From a virus (lineage: Duplodnaviria > Caudoviricetes), in the IMG/VR virus record IMGVR_UViG_3300014047_000002, positions 1 to 64,000 of that record: 64,000 nucleotides of DNA. One strand, 5' to 3'. Shown here piece by piece: positions 23,014 to 33,187 of this stretch (position 1 is its first letter; every line of letters begins with the position of its first letter). Both the position numbers and the translations under genes were made by a program. The notes under the pieces were generated by a model. It was given only the letters and a program-made list of their open reading frames with translations. It did not search any database and was not told the DNA's origin.

Positions 23014-24141
23014 ATGTATAATAAATTTTTATATAATAAGATTATAAATGATGTTTCTAAAATAGTAAAGAAGTCTATCAATGAAGCATTTGATTTTGGT
23101 ACTGTTAAGTAGGATAATACACATGATAGAATTTTAAACAATATAAAGAAAATATATATGGATGTTATCTCAGGTGTATTGAATCGAACTATTAAATCGC
23201 CAAAGGATATTGAACCATATATAAAAGAAATGTTTAATAAGGCCACCAATATTTACAAACCTAAAGATAATAATGAATGTAAAAAACTTGTAAAAAGGTG
23301 GTTACGGATTTTTGGAAATAAATGCAGTCTCAACTGGATCGATGTTTCTAATGTTACTGATATGAGCAATATGTTTAAAGATTCTGATTTTAATGGTGAT
23401 ATTAGCCTGTGGGATATAAGTAATGTTACTAATATGAATTTTATGTTTGCCGGTTCTAAATTTAATGGAGATATTAGTAAATGGAATGTCAGTAATGTTA
23501 CTGATATGGGTTTTATGTTTTATTGTTCCAAATTTAATGGTGATATTAGTAATTGGAATGTGTCTAATGTTACTGATATGAGTAGAATGTTTGCAAATAC
23601 TAAATTCAATGGAAATATTAGTAAATGGGATGTCAGTAATGTTACTGATATGAGTAGAATGTTTTTTGAGTCTGAATTTAATGGTAATATTAGTAATTGG
23701 AATGTAAGCAATGTTACTGATATGAGTGAAATGTTTGCACATTCTAAATTTAATGAAGATATTAGCAAATGGAATGTAAGTGATGTTACTGGTATGTTTG
23801 GTATGTTTGAAGGTTCTAAATTCAATGGTAACATAAGTAACTGGAATGTAAGTAATGTTACTAATATGGGCATAATGTTTAAGAATTCTGAATTTAATGG
23901 AAATATTAGCAAATGGAATGTAAGTAAGGTTACTGATATGTATGGTATGTTTAAGAATTCTGAATTTAATGGAAATATTAGCAAATGGAATGTAAGTAAT
24001 GTTACTGATATGACCTGGATGTTTGCAAATACTAAATTCAATAGAGATATAAGTAAATGGAATGTAAGTAATGTAATAAAATATGAAGATATATTTGAAG
24101 AATGTCCGATAAAAGACGAATACAAACCTTATTTTAAATAA
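23014..24141 (+). CDS. BspA/DUF285-type repeat protein (recoded N-terminus)
   Basis: MYNKFLYNKIINDVSKIVKKSINEAFDF..., one TAG, about 11 22-aa repeats. Confidence 0.85.
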
Positions 24142-24450
24142 TAAATTAAGGATACCAAAATTCTTGGTATCCTTTATATTTCAAAATAATGCAATCGATT
24201 CCTGTTCCTTCTCTTCATCACTCGGTTTTCAATTCTTGAAATTCCATTTAAGGTATTATTGCTTTATATTAACTGTTGATAATCTCCCTGATATTACTTA
24301 CAACATTCTCTATTGTATATCCTTGTACCTTTCCATCATGAGCAATATTACCACTTGTTAACAATCCATTCTTTAATTTTGTCGCAACCCTTTCCAATAT
24401 ATTAAGCTGTCCCTCTATCTCATCAATATATCGTTTTTCCATATTATAAC

Positions 24451-24750
24451 TTATGATTTAATTACTGCTCTGCTTTTTATTTCTGATAATCTCTGCGATA
24501 ATAATGGATGAAGCTCTTTCATACTACCATATGGAATAGTTGTCCATAAATTATTATGTCTGGGACCATAAAATTTCTGAATACTTACTATATTATGTTT
24601 ACCATATAATCTGAATCGTAAACAATGTGTGGATTTATTATAAGTAATCTGATCTATCTTATCATCAGAATATTCATCAAGCCAGGATCTATCATTATAT
24701 CCCTGTATTACCCAATCGCCAAAATATCTTATTGATTCTTCTTTATTCAT
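24451..24750 (-). CDS. Hypothetical protein
   Basis: Start reassigned to MNKEESIRY, overlapping the GIY-YIG stop. Confidence 0.55.
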   Translation of the reverse strand: MNKEESIRYFGDWVIQGYNDRSWLDEYSDDKIDQITYNKSTHCLRFRLYGKHNIVSIQKFYGPRHNNLWTTIPYGSMKELHPLLSQRLSEIKSRAVIKS

Positions 24751-25693
24751 TATTCTTATTATAATCTGATTCATACATCCAAATAAATCCTTTATATGAA
24801 TGAGAATGTGGTAAATGCTTACATACTTTTGCAATAACACTTCTATTATATCCTACTTCTCTCTCACATTCTGATAAAGAATCCCATATTTTTATTAATT
24901 GATTATCTAATGTTAGCTATACAATCTTTTCATTTTTTATTATAACATGATGATCCTTATTATCTGCATATTCTAATCTATACATAGGATATTTCTTGCA
25001 TACTATATTATTAGCTAACATATTTTTTATTGTAGATTTTGATATTTGTTTTTCGAAATAAGCAAAGCATTCTTTCCGTGAATCAAATTGTTTTATTAAC
25101 TCATCACCATCATAAAAATTTATTTTAACACCTTGCCTAGTAAAACGTCCCTTTAAGCTATCTTTCATTTTCTAAATACTTTCTTCAGATTTCTGTATAA
25201 AAATTTTTTTAACAGACATTTTCTTTCGCGCTTCTAGTGATTGCATTTTATCTTTATTTAATATTGCATTTATTCTTAATTTCTCCCTAGTTTCATCTGA
25301 CAATAATTCATTTCTATGAGCATTATACCATTTACGGAATTCTTTTGATTTCTCACTACATGGCATACCAACTGTACCCTTGCCACCTAATGTTTGATTA
25401 TATCCATTATTATAAGTATCATACTTATTAATATAGTATATTTCCTTTTCATTCAATAAATCTTTTACTTGACTACATGGTAATAAAGGTGTTTCATATA
25501 ATACTTCATAAGAGAAATTTTCTGCACCATATTTGGCAATAGCAGTATCAATCCCTGAATTCTTCTTTACACGACCTACATGATCCTAATAACGTGACTT
25601 TGGATTTATAGTTTGACCAATATAACTATGTCCGTTGATATTATTTGTAAATTTATAAATAATACCACAACGGATTTCTTGTGATTTATCCAT
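24743..25693 (-). CDS. Free-standing GIY-YIG homing endonuclease with NUMOD-type domains (recoded)
   Basis: GIIYKFTN...SYIGQT, E.YYI..Y...NGYNQTLGG, C-terminal YKGFIW; track ORFs joined by TAG. Confidence 0.85.
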
Positions 25694-25811
25694 ATTAATT
25701 TAAATTTGTTTTACTCATTATATTTATCAATGAAAAAGTGCTATAAGAAAACCTTATAGCACTAAATTTGAGTAAAACAAATGTATATAAATTATATACA
25801 TATTATTTATA

Positions 25812-26996
25812 TCAATCTTCAATGATTTCATTGATAACTCCAGATCCGACTGTGCGCCCGCCCTCTCGAACAGCAAAACGCAATCCAGGATTCAAAGCAA
25901 CTGCATAAATCAATTCAACGTTAATCTCAACATTATCACCAGGCATTACCATTTCAACACCTGCTGGCAATGTGATTTCACCAGTGCAGTCCATTGTGCG
26001 GAGATAGAACTGAGGACGATACTTGTTTCCGAATGGAGTATGACGACCACCCTCTTCCTTCTTCAAGACATAGATAGAAGCCTTGAACTTCTTATAAGGT
26101 TTAATCTGTCCTGGATGGCAAAGAACCATACCACGTTTAATCTCATTCTTATCGATACCGCGAAGCAGCAAACCAACGTTATCACCTGCCTGACCTTCTG
26201 GAAGAATCTTACGGAACATTTCAACACCTGTTACTACACATTTCTTGTCTTCACCAAGACCAAGCAATTCAACTTCATCACCAACCTTGATGATACCAGT
26301 TTCAATACGACCTGTTGCAACAGTACCACGACCTGTAATTGAGAATACATCTTCAACAGGCATCAAGAAAGGCTTATCTGTAGCACGAGGAGGTTCCTGA
26401 ATCCATTCATCAACAGTATTCATCAATTCCATTACCTTCTCTTCCCATTTAGCTACACCATTCAGTGCACCAAGAGCAGAACCACGGATAATTGGTGTAT
26501 CCTCTTCGAATTCATACTGCTCCAAAATCTCGCGAACCTCCATTTCAACAAGCTCAAGCATCTCCTCATCATCAACCATATCGCACTTATTCAAGAATAC
26601 CACCAAACGAGGAACATTTACCTGACGTGCAAGCAATACGTGTTCACGTGTCTGAGGCATAGGACCATCAGTTGCTGCAACAACCAAGATAGCACCATCC
26701 ATCTGAGCAGCACCAGTAACCATGTTCTTCACATAATCAGCGTGGCCCGGACAGTCAACGTGTGCATAGTGACGCTTTTCTGTTTCATACTCTACGTGTG
26801 CAGTATTAATTGTAATACCACGCTCCTTCTCTTCTGGAGCATTGTCAATCTGATCAAATGACTTAACTTCTGACAGACCTTTCTTAGCCAATACTGTTGT
26901 AATGGCGGCTGTCAAAGTAGTCTTGCCGTGATCAACATGGCCAATAGTACCGATGTTAACATGCGGCTTAGATCTTTCAAAAATTTCTTTTGCCAT
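25812..26996 (-). CDS. tuf: Elongation factor Tu
   Basis: [33 protein letters not shown]; full length, no TAG. Confidence 0.98.
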   Translation of the reverse strand: MAKEIFERSKPHVNIGTIGHVDHGKTTLTAAITTVLAKKGLSEVKSFDQIDNAPEEKERGITINTAHVEYETEKRHYAHVDCPGHADYVKNMVTGAAQMDGAILVVAATDGPMPQTREHVLLARQVNVPRLVVFLNKCDMVDDEEMLELVEMEVREILEQYEFEEDTPIIRGSALGALNGVAKWEEKVMELMNTVDEWIQEPPRATDKPFLMPVEDVFSITGRGTVATGRIETGIIKVGDEVELLGLGEDKKCVVTGVEMFRKILPEGQAGDNVGLLLRGIDKNEIKRGMVLCHPGQIKPYKKFKASIYVLKKEEGGRHTPFGNKYRPQFYLRTMDCTGEITLPAGVEMVMPGDNVEINVELIYAVALNPGLRFAVREGGRTVGSGVINEIIED

Positions 26997-27062
26997 TTTT
27001 ATTAGTTTTTATTTTTACCATTTATTTTATTCCTTATTGAATAAAAAGTTTATTCTAAAATA

Positions 27063-27093
27063 AAAGTCCTATATAAATTTTATATAGGACTTT
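27063..27093 (-). terminator. Intrinsic terminator closing the Y-like RNA array
   Basis: aaagtcctatataa / ttatataggacttt inverted repeat. Confidence 0.75.
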
Positions 27094-27099
27094 ATGTAT

Positions 27100-27173
27100 C
27101 AAGAGACTAATTTTAAAAACGTAAATTATGGTGACGTTAAAAAGATATGTTTGCTGTTAATCTAGTCTCTCAT
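27100..27173 (-). ncRNA. Y-RNA-like unit 4 (ACAGCAAA motif)
   Basis: Terminal stem GAGAGACTAG/TTAGTCTCTT, with ACAGCAAA after the 5' arm. Confidence 0.6.
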
Positions 27174-27180
27174 ATAAGTT

Positions 27181-27239
27181 CAGAAGTCAAGAATTACGAT
27201 TTAAAAGATCGGTCCTAAAATTTGCTGTACGACTTCCAT
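27181..27239 (-). ncRNA. Y-RNA-like unit 3 with Lys(UUU)-like anticodon hairpin
   Basis: Stem GGAAGTCG/TGACTTCT, ACAGCAAA, internal CGAT-CTTTTAA-ATCG. Confidence 0.6.
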
Positions 27240-27256
27240 ATATGTTTCTCAAAAAA

Positions 27257-27349
27257 CAAGAGTCAAATTTTTATGGATTTGAACCATATAATTTAAAAAC
27301 CACAATTTTAAATATTAACCAAATAAAAATTTGCTGTAATGACTCTCAT
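27257..27349 (-). ncRNA. Y-RNA-like unit 2 with His(GUG)-like anticodon arm and T-arm
   Basis: Stem GAGAGTCA/TGACTCTT, ACAGCAAA, TTAAAA-TTGTGGT-TTTTAA, TATGG-TTCAAAT-CCATA. Confidence 0.6.
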
Positions 27350-27389
27350 GTATCTTTATTCATGATATAGGGAATTAATCCCTATATCA

Positions 27390-28793
27390 TTACGCTACTG
27401 CAATCTGCTTCTCGAGGTACTTCTGGTACTCGCTCAAAAGCTTATCCAAGAAGGTATTAGCATTAAAGCCTGCCTCCAAGAACTTGAGCAACATTGGATT
27501 ATATCCACTGATGAAAATGTTGCCATATGCATCAGTCTCTGGACATGTAGTTGCACGTGAGTTGAAATTCCACCATACAATCTTTGTTGAGAAGTTATTC
27601 TGACGGAACAATGCCATTGTAGCATCCTTTGACATGCTAGAGCCATAATCGAACTCCATATCAGAAAGAACTACAATATACTCTGGCGCATTCTGACGAT
27701 CAAGCTGCTGAAGCATACGCATAACAGCACCAAAATCAGTATTGCTGCAATCACCTGTATACATAGAGTTAATCTCCTTTGCATACTGTGAATACTCCTG
27801 GCGGATTGAACGTGAATAACCCCAATAGCTTGTCTTAGGCTTATCAACACCAAGCTCAATCAACTGAGGACGGCTTGAGAAGCTGATTACCTTATTAGGT
27901 GCATATGTACTGCACTTAGCAAGATAATGTCCGATAGACAAAGCCTTGCCAAAGCTGTCATTACCATCCTGCATAGAGCCAGATGTATCTACTACAGGAA
28001 TCCAGCTACCTGAGATCTTCTCCAACTTGTCGAAGAAAATATCGGCATTAGCCTGAAGGGTATCAGCTGCCTTATACAAGTCATAAGGAGTAGTAGTTGT
28101 AACGTTCAACTTCTTCTCACCAGCCTTAACTGCCTCCATATACTTTGCATAACGCTCCTTCAAAGTCTCCTTTGTAGAGAATGCATGAGCATACTTGATA
28201 GAAGCCAATGAAGGCACATGCTCAAAATTAATCTCATCATCATTATGACGAGAAAGCTTCTGCTCGACAGTAGTATCAGCCTTAATGAAATGGCCATACT
28301 GCTGCTTATTCATGCCCCAATAGTTTGCAATCTCACGAGCGACCATCAAATTCTTAGAGCTATAGCGTGGCATCCACTTCTTGGCAAGCTCATTGCCCTT
28401 CTGAATCTCTGCAAACAAGAAATCCAAAGCCTGGTGGAACATCTCACGGTCCTGGCGGAACATTGCCCAAATATCATCATAGCGACCAGCCATAATAATC
28501 TCAGCGAATGTATTACCAGCATTCTTCATCAATGCACGACCCAAATCTCGTCTACCAAGTCCAAAACGTGGATCACGAATGAACATAGCAAACAGACGTG
28601 CTTTTTCATCAGTACCGATTGAAGGAACTTCCTCCAAATGCTTCTGATAATATTCTGTCATAAACAGAACATCTAAAAGTGCGTTACTTGTTGAAGAATA
28701 TGCGATGTCGCCATTCTCAGTCAACTTTGTGTTTCCAAAAATCTGATCAAGTGTTGCCATATCTTTGTCGTTTTTACTGTTGTTAGTTTTCAT
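27390..28793 (-). CDS. DUF2828-family protein (helical N-terminus plus vWA, Ro60/TROVE-like architecture)
   Basis: TENGDIAYSST, RDPRFGLGRR, GRYDD, AKKWMPR, VPSLA, DTSGSM, TDF, LSDMEFD, IVWWN, SGYNP. Start may be the ATG at ~28760. Confidence 0.8.
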   Translation of the reverse strand: MKTNNSKNDKDMATLDQIFGNTKLTENGDIAYSSTSNALLDVLFMTEYYQKHLEEVPSIGTDEKARLFAMFIRDPRFGLGRRDLGRALMKNAGNTFAEIIMAGRYDDIWAMFRQDREMFHQALDFLFAEIQKGNELAKKWMPRYSSKNLMVAREIANYWGMNKQQYGHFIKADTTVEQKLSRHNDDEINFEHVPSLASIKYAHAFSTKETLKERYAKYMEAVKAGEKKLNVTTTTPYDLYKAADTLQANADIFFDKLEKISGSWIPVVDTSGSMQDGNDSFGKALSIGHYLAKCSTYAPNKVISFSSRPQLIELGVDKPKTSYWGYSRSIRQEYSQYAKEINSMYTGDCSNTDFGAVMRMLQQLDRQNAPEYIVVLSDMEFDYGSSMSKDATMALFRQNNFSTKIVWWNFNSRATTCPETDAYGNIFISGYNPMLLKFLEAGFNANTFLDKLLSEYQKYLEKQIAVA

Positions 28794-28801
28794 TTAAAAA
28801 T

Positions 28802-28958
28802 CAAGAGACTTTATAATTAAATTTTTAACGACGTCCTATCCGCTAGACGAACCCTACATTATTATATTTTATATGTGAGTAGGGTAGAGGATTCGAACCT
28901 CTGTTTTCGGCTTGGAATGCTATTTTAATTAGAGAATTATTTGCTGTGAGTCTCTCAT
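28802..28958 (-). ncRNA. YrlA-like RNA unit 1 with circularly permuted tRNA domain
   Basis: Stem GAGAGACT/AGTCTCTT plus ACAGCAAA; inside, in order, T-arm AGAGG-TTCGAAT-CCTCT, acceptor ACCCTAC/GTAGGGT closed by a loop, then D-arm. Confidence 0.7.
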
Positions 28959-28986
28959 TATTTGTTTATGTTTATGTTTTACTCTG

Positions 28987-28994
28987 CAAAGGTA
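28987..28994 (-). promoter_or_regulatory. Bacteroidota-type -7 promoter element
   Basis: TACCTTTG(CA) just upstream of unit 1. Confidence 0.65.
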
Positions 28995-29063
28995 TAAAAA
29001 GTTTTTGAATTGAAAAAATTTTTATTAAGTTTTTTCCTGTTTTTAATACTTTTTTGCAAAAAG

Positions 29064-29315
29064 TTAATTTAACTGTATCATTTCTTCACGTTCAATAGCA
29101 CGACGTATCCATCTCATCAATATAACAGACTTCTCATATGATGGCATGAATGTTGCTGTTTCGCCTACATCATGCTTATCTGACAAATCAATTTCATATT
29201 GATACTGTGTACCATCCTCTGTTGTTGCAATATAAACTGCAATACCACCAGACTTTATACAATCCAATTTAGATGGACTCTTTACTATTGTTTTTAAATC
29301 GTGTTTTAAATTCAT
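29064..29315 (-). CDS. Hypothetical protein
   Basis: Intact ORF, ATGA overlap. Confidence 0.6.
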   Translation of the reverse strand: MNLKHDLKTIVKSPSKLDCIKSGGIAVYIATTEDGTQYQYEIDLSDKHDVGETATFMPSYEKSVILMRWIRRAIEREEMIQLN

Positions 29316-29551
29316 TTTTCTTCTTCTATTATTTTTTCTGGTAATGTCTCACGTATAATATCCTCTATCTGACCTTTTACTGCTTCATCACCAGTCATAT
29401 GTTCATCAACAGCATTCAATCTCACAATCTTACAACCTTTACCAATACCTGCAATAGCTCGAACTAAATCAGCAAAGTAATTATCAGCTCTTGTTACATG
29501 AGCTTGATCATGCTTGAATGTTTGAATATCTAATTCTATAAATACTTTCAT
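29312..29551 (-). CDS. Hypothetical protein
   Basis: Intact ORF. Confidence 0.6.
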   Translation of the reverse strand: MKVFIELDIQTFKHDQAHVTRADNYFADLVRAIAGIGKGCKIVRLNAVDEHMTGDEAVKGQIEDIIRETLPEKIIEEEK

Positions 29552-29599
29552 ATTAAAAATATTTTATATTGATACACACAAAATAAACAAAATAAAAAT

Positions 29600-29998
29600 G
29601 ATCAGTCAACCATGTTCCTGATCGTGTCCCGATATGTTTTTTACTATAATCAAGGCTTATAGCTGCACAAGCAACGAGGGCGGGATTTCAACATTAACCT
29701 CATAAAGATGGAAACTAAGTGTATTTTTTCAGAGACCTTAGAAACCCTCTGTATTCGCACCTGCTAGCAAGTCTAGTAGATTACTTTTATTATTTAACGT
29801 CGAGTAGCCACTCCATTTCCTGTTTAAGGAACCCCCATAACTCGATTACTGTATTTTTCACAGAAAAAATATAACTGTATTTGCACCGATCTAATTTCTA
29901 AACTGCTCAATAACTGTCATATGCCCATTATTGATTAAACTAACAGAATATTGCTTTATTAAAGTCATTTCGAACTGACTTAAGTATGTGGGCTGATC
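29600..29998 (-). ncRNA. Candidate ~400-nt structured RNA
   Basis: No ORF, raised GC, ends pair (GATCAGCCCAC/GTTGACTGATC), T-loop-like hairpin AGTCAG-TTCGAAA-TGACT. Confidence 0.4.
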
Positions 29999-30044
29999 GG
30001 ACCAACCTTATAACAATATTTTTCCCTTATAGTTTAGGTAGTTG

Positions 30045-30129
30045 TTGCGGCAGCTGGATTCGAACCAGCACTATGCAATTACTGTCTTCAGGTTATGAGC
30101 CTGACATCTTACCATTAGACTACACCGCG
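30045..30129 (-). tRNA. tRNA-Met(CAT), initiator-like, long variable region
   Basis: Cloverleaf; loop CTCATAA; C1:A72 mismatch. Confidence 0.85.
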
Positions 30130-30198
30130 ATATTTAATTACATATATTATTCATAAAAATAAAATAGTCTATATAAATTAGATATAAAAATGCTAACG

Positions 30199-30272
30199 TA
30201 GCGAGAAAGGGGTTCGAACCCTTGACCTCCGGAGTATGAATCCGACGCTCTAGCCAACTGAGCTATCTCGCT
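30199..30272 (-). tRNA. tRNA-Met/Ile2(CAT)
   Basis: Cloverleaf; loop TTCATAC. Confidence 0.9.
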
Positions 30273-30486
30273 AAATTATCAGTACATAAGCAGGACGTTT
30301 TCAAGGACTTTCACCTTTAGTTTTATACTTCTCTCAGATTTCGCTGAACGCTCAACATAATGTTGGAAACCCTGGATAGACTTGTTAAACGGTAATTATT
30401 TTACATACTAAACTAAAGTATGATTAAGCTACTATTTGTGCTCACCTGCCATTCTCGGGCTAACGTTTTATATGTACTATACTTTG

Positions 30487-30564
30487 AGCGGTATACGGGA
30501 ATCGGACCCGTGCATGCCTTCGGAGTGGAAGTCCGATATGCGCCTCCAGCTACACCAATACCGC
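30487..30564 (-). tRNA. tRNA-Gly(TCC)
   Basis: Loop CTTCCAC; T73; T-loop TCCGATT. Confidence 0.85.
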
Positions 30565-30569
30565 ATTAA

Positions 30570-31469
30570 TTAATCATATAATATTTCCCAAAAATTATTT
30601 CCATACTTATTAATAGTATATTCTATCATTTCTTTTAAATCATCATAAAATAATACTTTAATATCTGGATTCTATTCTGATTTTATTCGTGATTTCTCAT
30701 CAAAATATCCTTTAATTTCAATAATTTGATTATTAACAATAAAATCTGGAAAATATTTCAATGTCTTTTTATTTAATTTATAATATCGTATTTCTTCACA
30801 TCTCTTAATCGATATATCATGTTCTAAACACCATACTAAATATGCAAGTTCCCATGAACTATCACAATGTATACCTTTATATATTCCATGATGATGTTTC
30901 TTTATAGAATTTGGATGATAGCCACCAAAATTATTCTCTTTTGCTACAGCGCTTAATTTATCATGCATATCTTTTATTTTGCAATCATCAGAACAGTATT
31001 TAGATCTTTTTCGAATTAATGTACTAAATATATTCCCGCAATATTTACAAATACGACTATGATTTTTTACTAAATTTGGATCATCTACCTAAACCCATTT
31101 TTTATCTACTAATCGCATTCCTGCAATCCAAGTAGATTTACCTTTTAAAGAATTTGCTATCTTCTCGTTTTTGCTTTCTTTATTTGTATTTAAAGCTGTT
31201 AATTGTTTAGCACATTTATCAGAACATGTTTTTTTATATTTTCCTTGTTCAAATTGTTTATGTCTTACCTATATAGTATATTCTTTACCACATATAGGGC
31301 ATTTTAATATATGTTCTTCTAAAGGATTTCTTTTCTCAAAATTTTCTTTCTTTCGTTTTTGAAATTCCTCTTGATGACTATTAGGATTCATTGAACAATG
31401 AACAATATGTGCTCCTAATGACTAACCACTTTTAAACTCTTTATTACAAAATCTACAAATATGACACAT
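30570..31469 (-). CDS. Zn-finger plus PD-(D/E)XK endonuclease, homing-endonuclease-like (recoded)
   Basis: MCHICRFC...H...C; CDSSWE, YFPDF, IEIKG; in frame through TAGs. Confidence 0.8.
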
Positions 31470-31549
31470 AATAAAAATATAGTATCTTTATTATATTTAT
31501 CATAGCAGAATAAAAAATTCGAATTTAGAAATGCTAAAAAATGTTAAAG

Positions 31550-31621
31550 AGCGGCGTACCGGATTCGGACCGGCTCCTGAATCGTGGCAGGATCCTATGC
31601 AACCATTAACACCTACACCGC
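31550..31621 (-). tRNA. tRNA-Gly(GCC)
   Basis: Loop CTGCCAC; T-loop TCCGAAT. Confidence 0.85.
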
Positions 31622-31801
31622 ATAAAATGTTCGTTTTTATAACCGTTAACGAAACCGAAAAAGCTACTTACGATTAGCAAAAAGTTTGTCAATCCAAATT
31701 AAAGACAGGGACTTACTACGTTACGTTGAGTCGCGACCTACTTACAATATTTTATTTTTTTAACGTGCAGATAATCCAGCATGTGGTATGTACACGATAA
31801 G

Positions 31802-31873
31802 AGCCACCTGGTGGAATCGAACCGCCATCTCAAGATTACAAATCATGTGTAATAACCGTTATACTAAGGTGGC
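31802..31873 (-). tRNA. tRNA-Thr(TGT)
   Basis: Loop TTTGTAA. Confidence 0.85.
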
Positions 31874-32359
31874 AAATATAAAAGGCTAATTATATATTAT
31901 CAGCTGCTTAGCCTTTTATATAAAAATATGAAGACAACCTGATAAATTCTTCATCAAATTGGTTAAAGAGTCGTTCAGCATAGGTAGATAGGCTAGCATA
32001 TATTACCACAAAGCCTACTAAGCCTCCCAATTTATTTTACCTATCATTTCCGCTTACGTCAGGTACGTGTCCCTATTACGGGCTCGGAGTTACATGATCT
32101 GAAATTGAATCAGATATTAAAGCCATATCTTTATCATGTATTATAATAATTCAATCATCACAAAAATATGTCCACCAAGTATCATCTTCAAAGCTCTTAA
32201 GCACTTTCTTCTTATCCCATTTATTTATAATACAAAGTTTCCATAAGGATTTCTTTGATAATGGACCAGAACAACCATGAGGAATAGTTCCTAATAAAGA
32301 ATTAAGTACCTCTAAATGCTTAGTATTTCTAATCTTGTGCATAATTGTATTAATTATAG

Positions 32360-32444
32360 ACTCCCTAGTTGGATTCGAACCAACGCGTCTCTTTCGAGAT
32401 TAGGTTTTGCAGACCCACCCCATCGACCACTCGAGCATAGGGAG
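32360..32444 (-). tRNA. tRNA-Cys(GCA), long variable arm
   Basis: Loop CTGCAAA; T73; variable hairpin TCTC-GAAA-GAGA. Confidence 0.85.
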
Positions 32445-32453
32445 TATGTTAAA

Positions 32454-32681
32454 TTATTCATTTTTTATTTTATCCAATAATGTATATACCATTAACCAAG
32501 AACCTAATGACATAAATATAAACCAAAGTACAGAATCTAAATTTTTCAATAAAAATACAAATACTGAATTTATAGAAACTCCTAATCTAAGGTTTAATAT
32601 AATATAATCAGCTAAAAGCAATACAAATGCAATAAATACTCCTATTATATAAAATGTTTCAAATATATTCATATTTCCCAA
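32454..32681 (-). CDS. Small membrane protein
   Basis: Hydrophobic ORF. Confidence 0.5.
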   Translation of the reverse strand: MGNMNIFETFYIIGVFIAFVLLLADYIILNLRLGVSINSVFVFLLKNLDSVLWFIFMSLGSWLMVYTLLDKIKNE

Positions 32682-32917
32682 GTATATGTTTGTACAATAT
32701 CACCGCAACATTCACAAGGATGATCATCACACTCATAATCGCCAAACATAGGAATTAATGCCTGTAGAACATAATTGAATTGATCTGGATTATTTAGCAT
32801 CCAATCATGAATTTTATCCATAATATGAAAACGTTCTTCATCAGTCATATGGATTTCTTCAACACCATCAACATTTAAACTAAATGCTGTACAACCTGTA
32901 ACTTTTTCTAACTTCAT
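32669..32917 (-). CDS. Hypothetical protein with CxCCG motif
   Basis: Intact ORF. Confidence 0.6.
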   Translation of the reverse strand: MKLEKVTGCTAFSLNVDGVEEIHMTDEERFHIMDKIHDWMLNNPDQFNYVLQALIPMFGDYECDDHPCECCGDIVQTYTWEI

Positions 32918-32942
32918 ATAATAATATTTAATTAGTGTTTAG

Positions 32943-33102
32943 TGGACCCTATGGGACTCAAACCCATGACCTCCTGAGTGTCGGTGTAATCAGTTTCGAA
33001 CTGCTTATTAATATTCCATTAATTTACACCGAAATGTTTATTTCAGTGTTTACATCTCACTGTATGCAAATCAGGTGCTCTAGTCAGCTGAGCTAAGGGC
33101 CC
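32943..33102 (-). tRNA. tRNA-Ala(TGC) interrupted by an 86-nt insert (32980-33065)
   Basis: Exons nearly identical to the intact Ala at 34140; removing the insert restores TTTGCAC. Confidence 0.85.
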
Positions 33103-33187
33103 AAAATTCTAATACTTCAGAGTTACTTTTTTGATATATAGGTACCTTCAACCAATATCCTACCTCCAGGGGTGATTAGATAACCCT

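Noticed and set aside
23340-24080. 66-nt periodic repeats resembling a CRISPR array
   Set aside because: In-frame protein repeats; no unique spacers and no cas genes.
23302-24125. Antisense ORFs over BspA repeats (also 4885-5346, 3564-3827, 6094-6414)
   Set aside because: Shadows of the repetitive coding strand.
29600-29998. RNase P RNA or tmRNA
   Set aside because: No GAGGAAAGTCC partner for the GAACATGG segment, and no tRNA-like termini.
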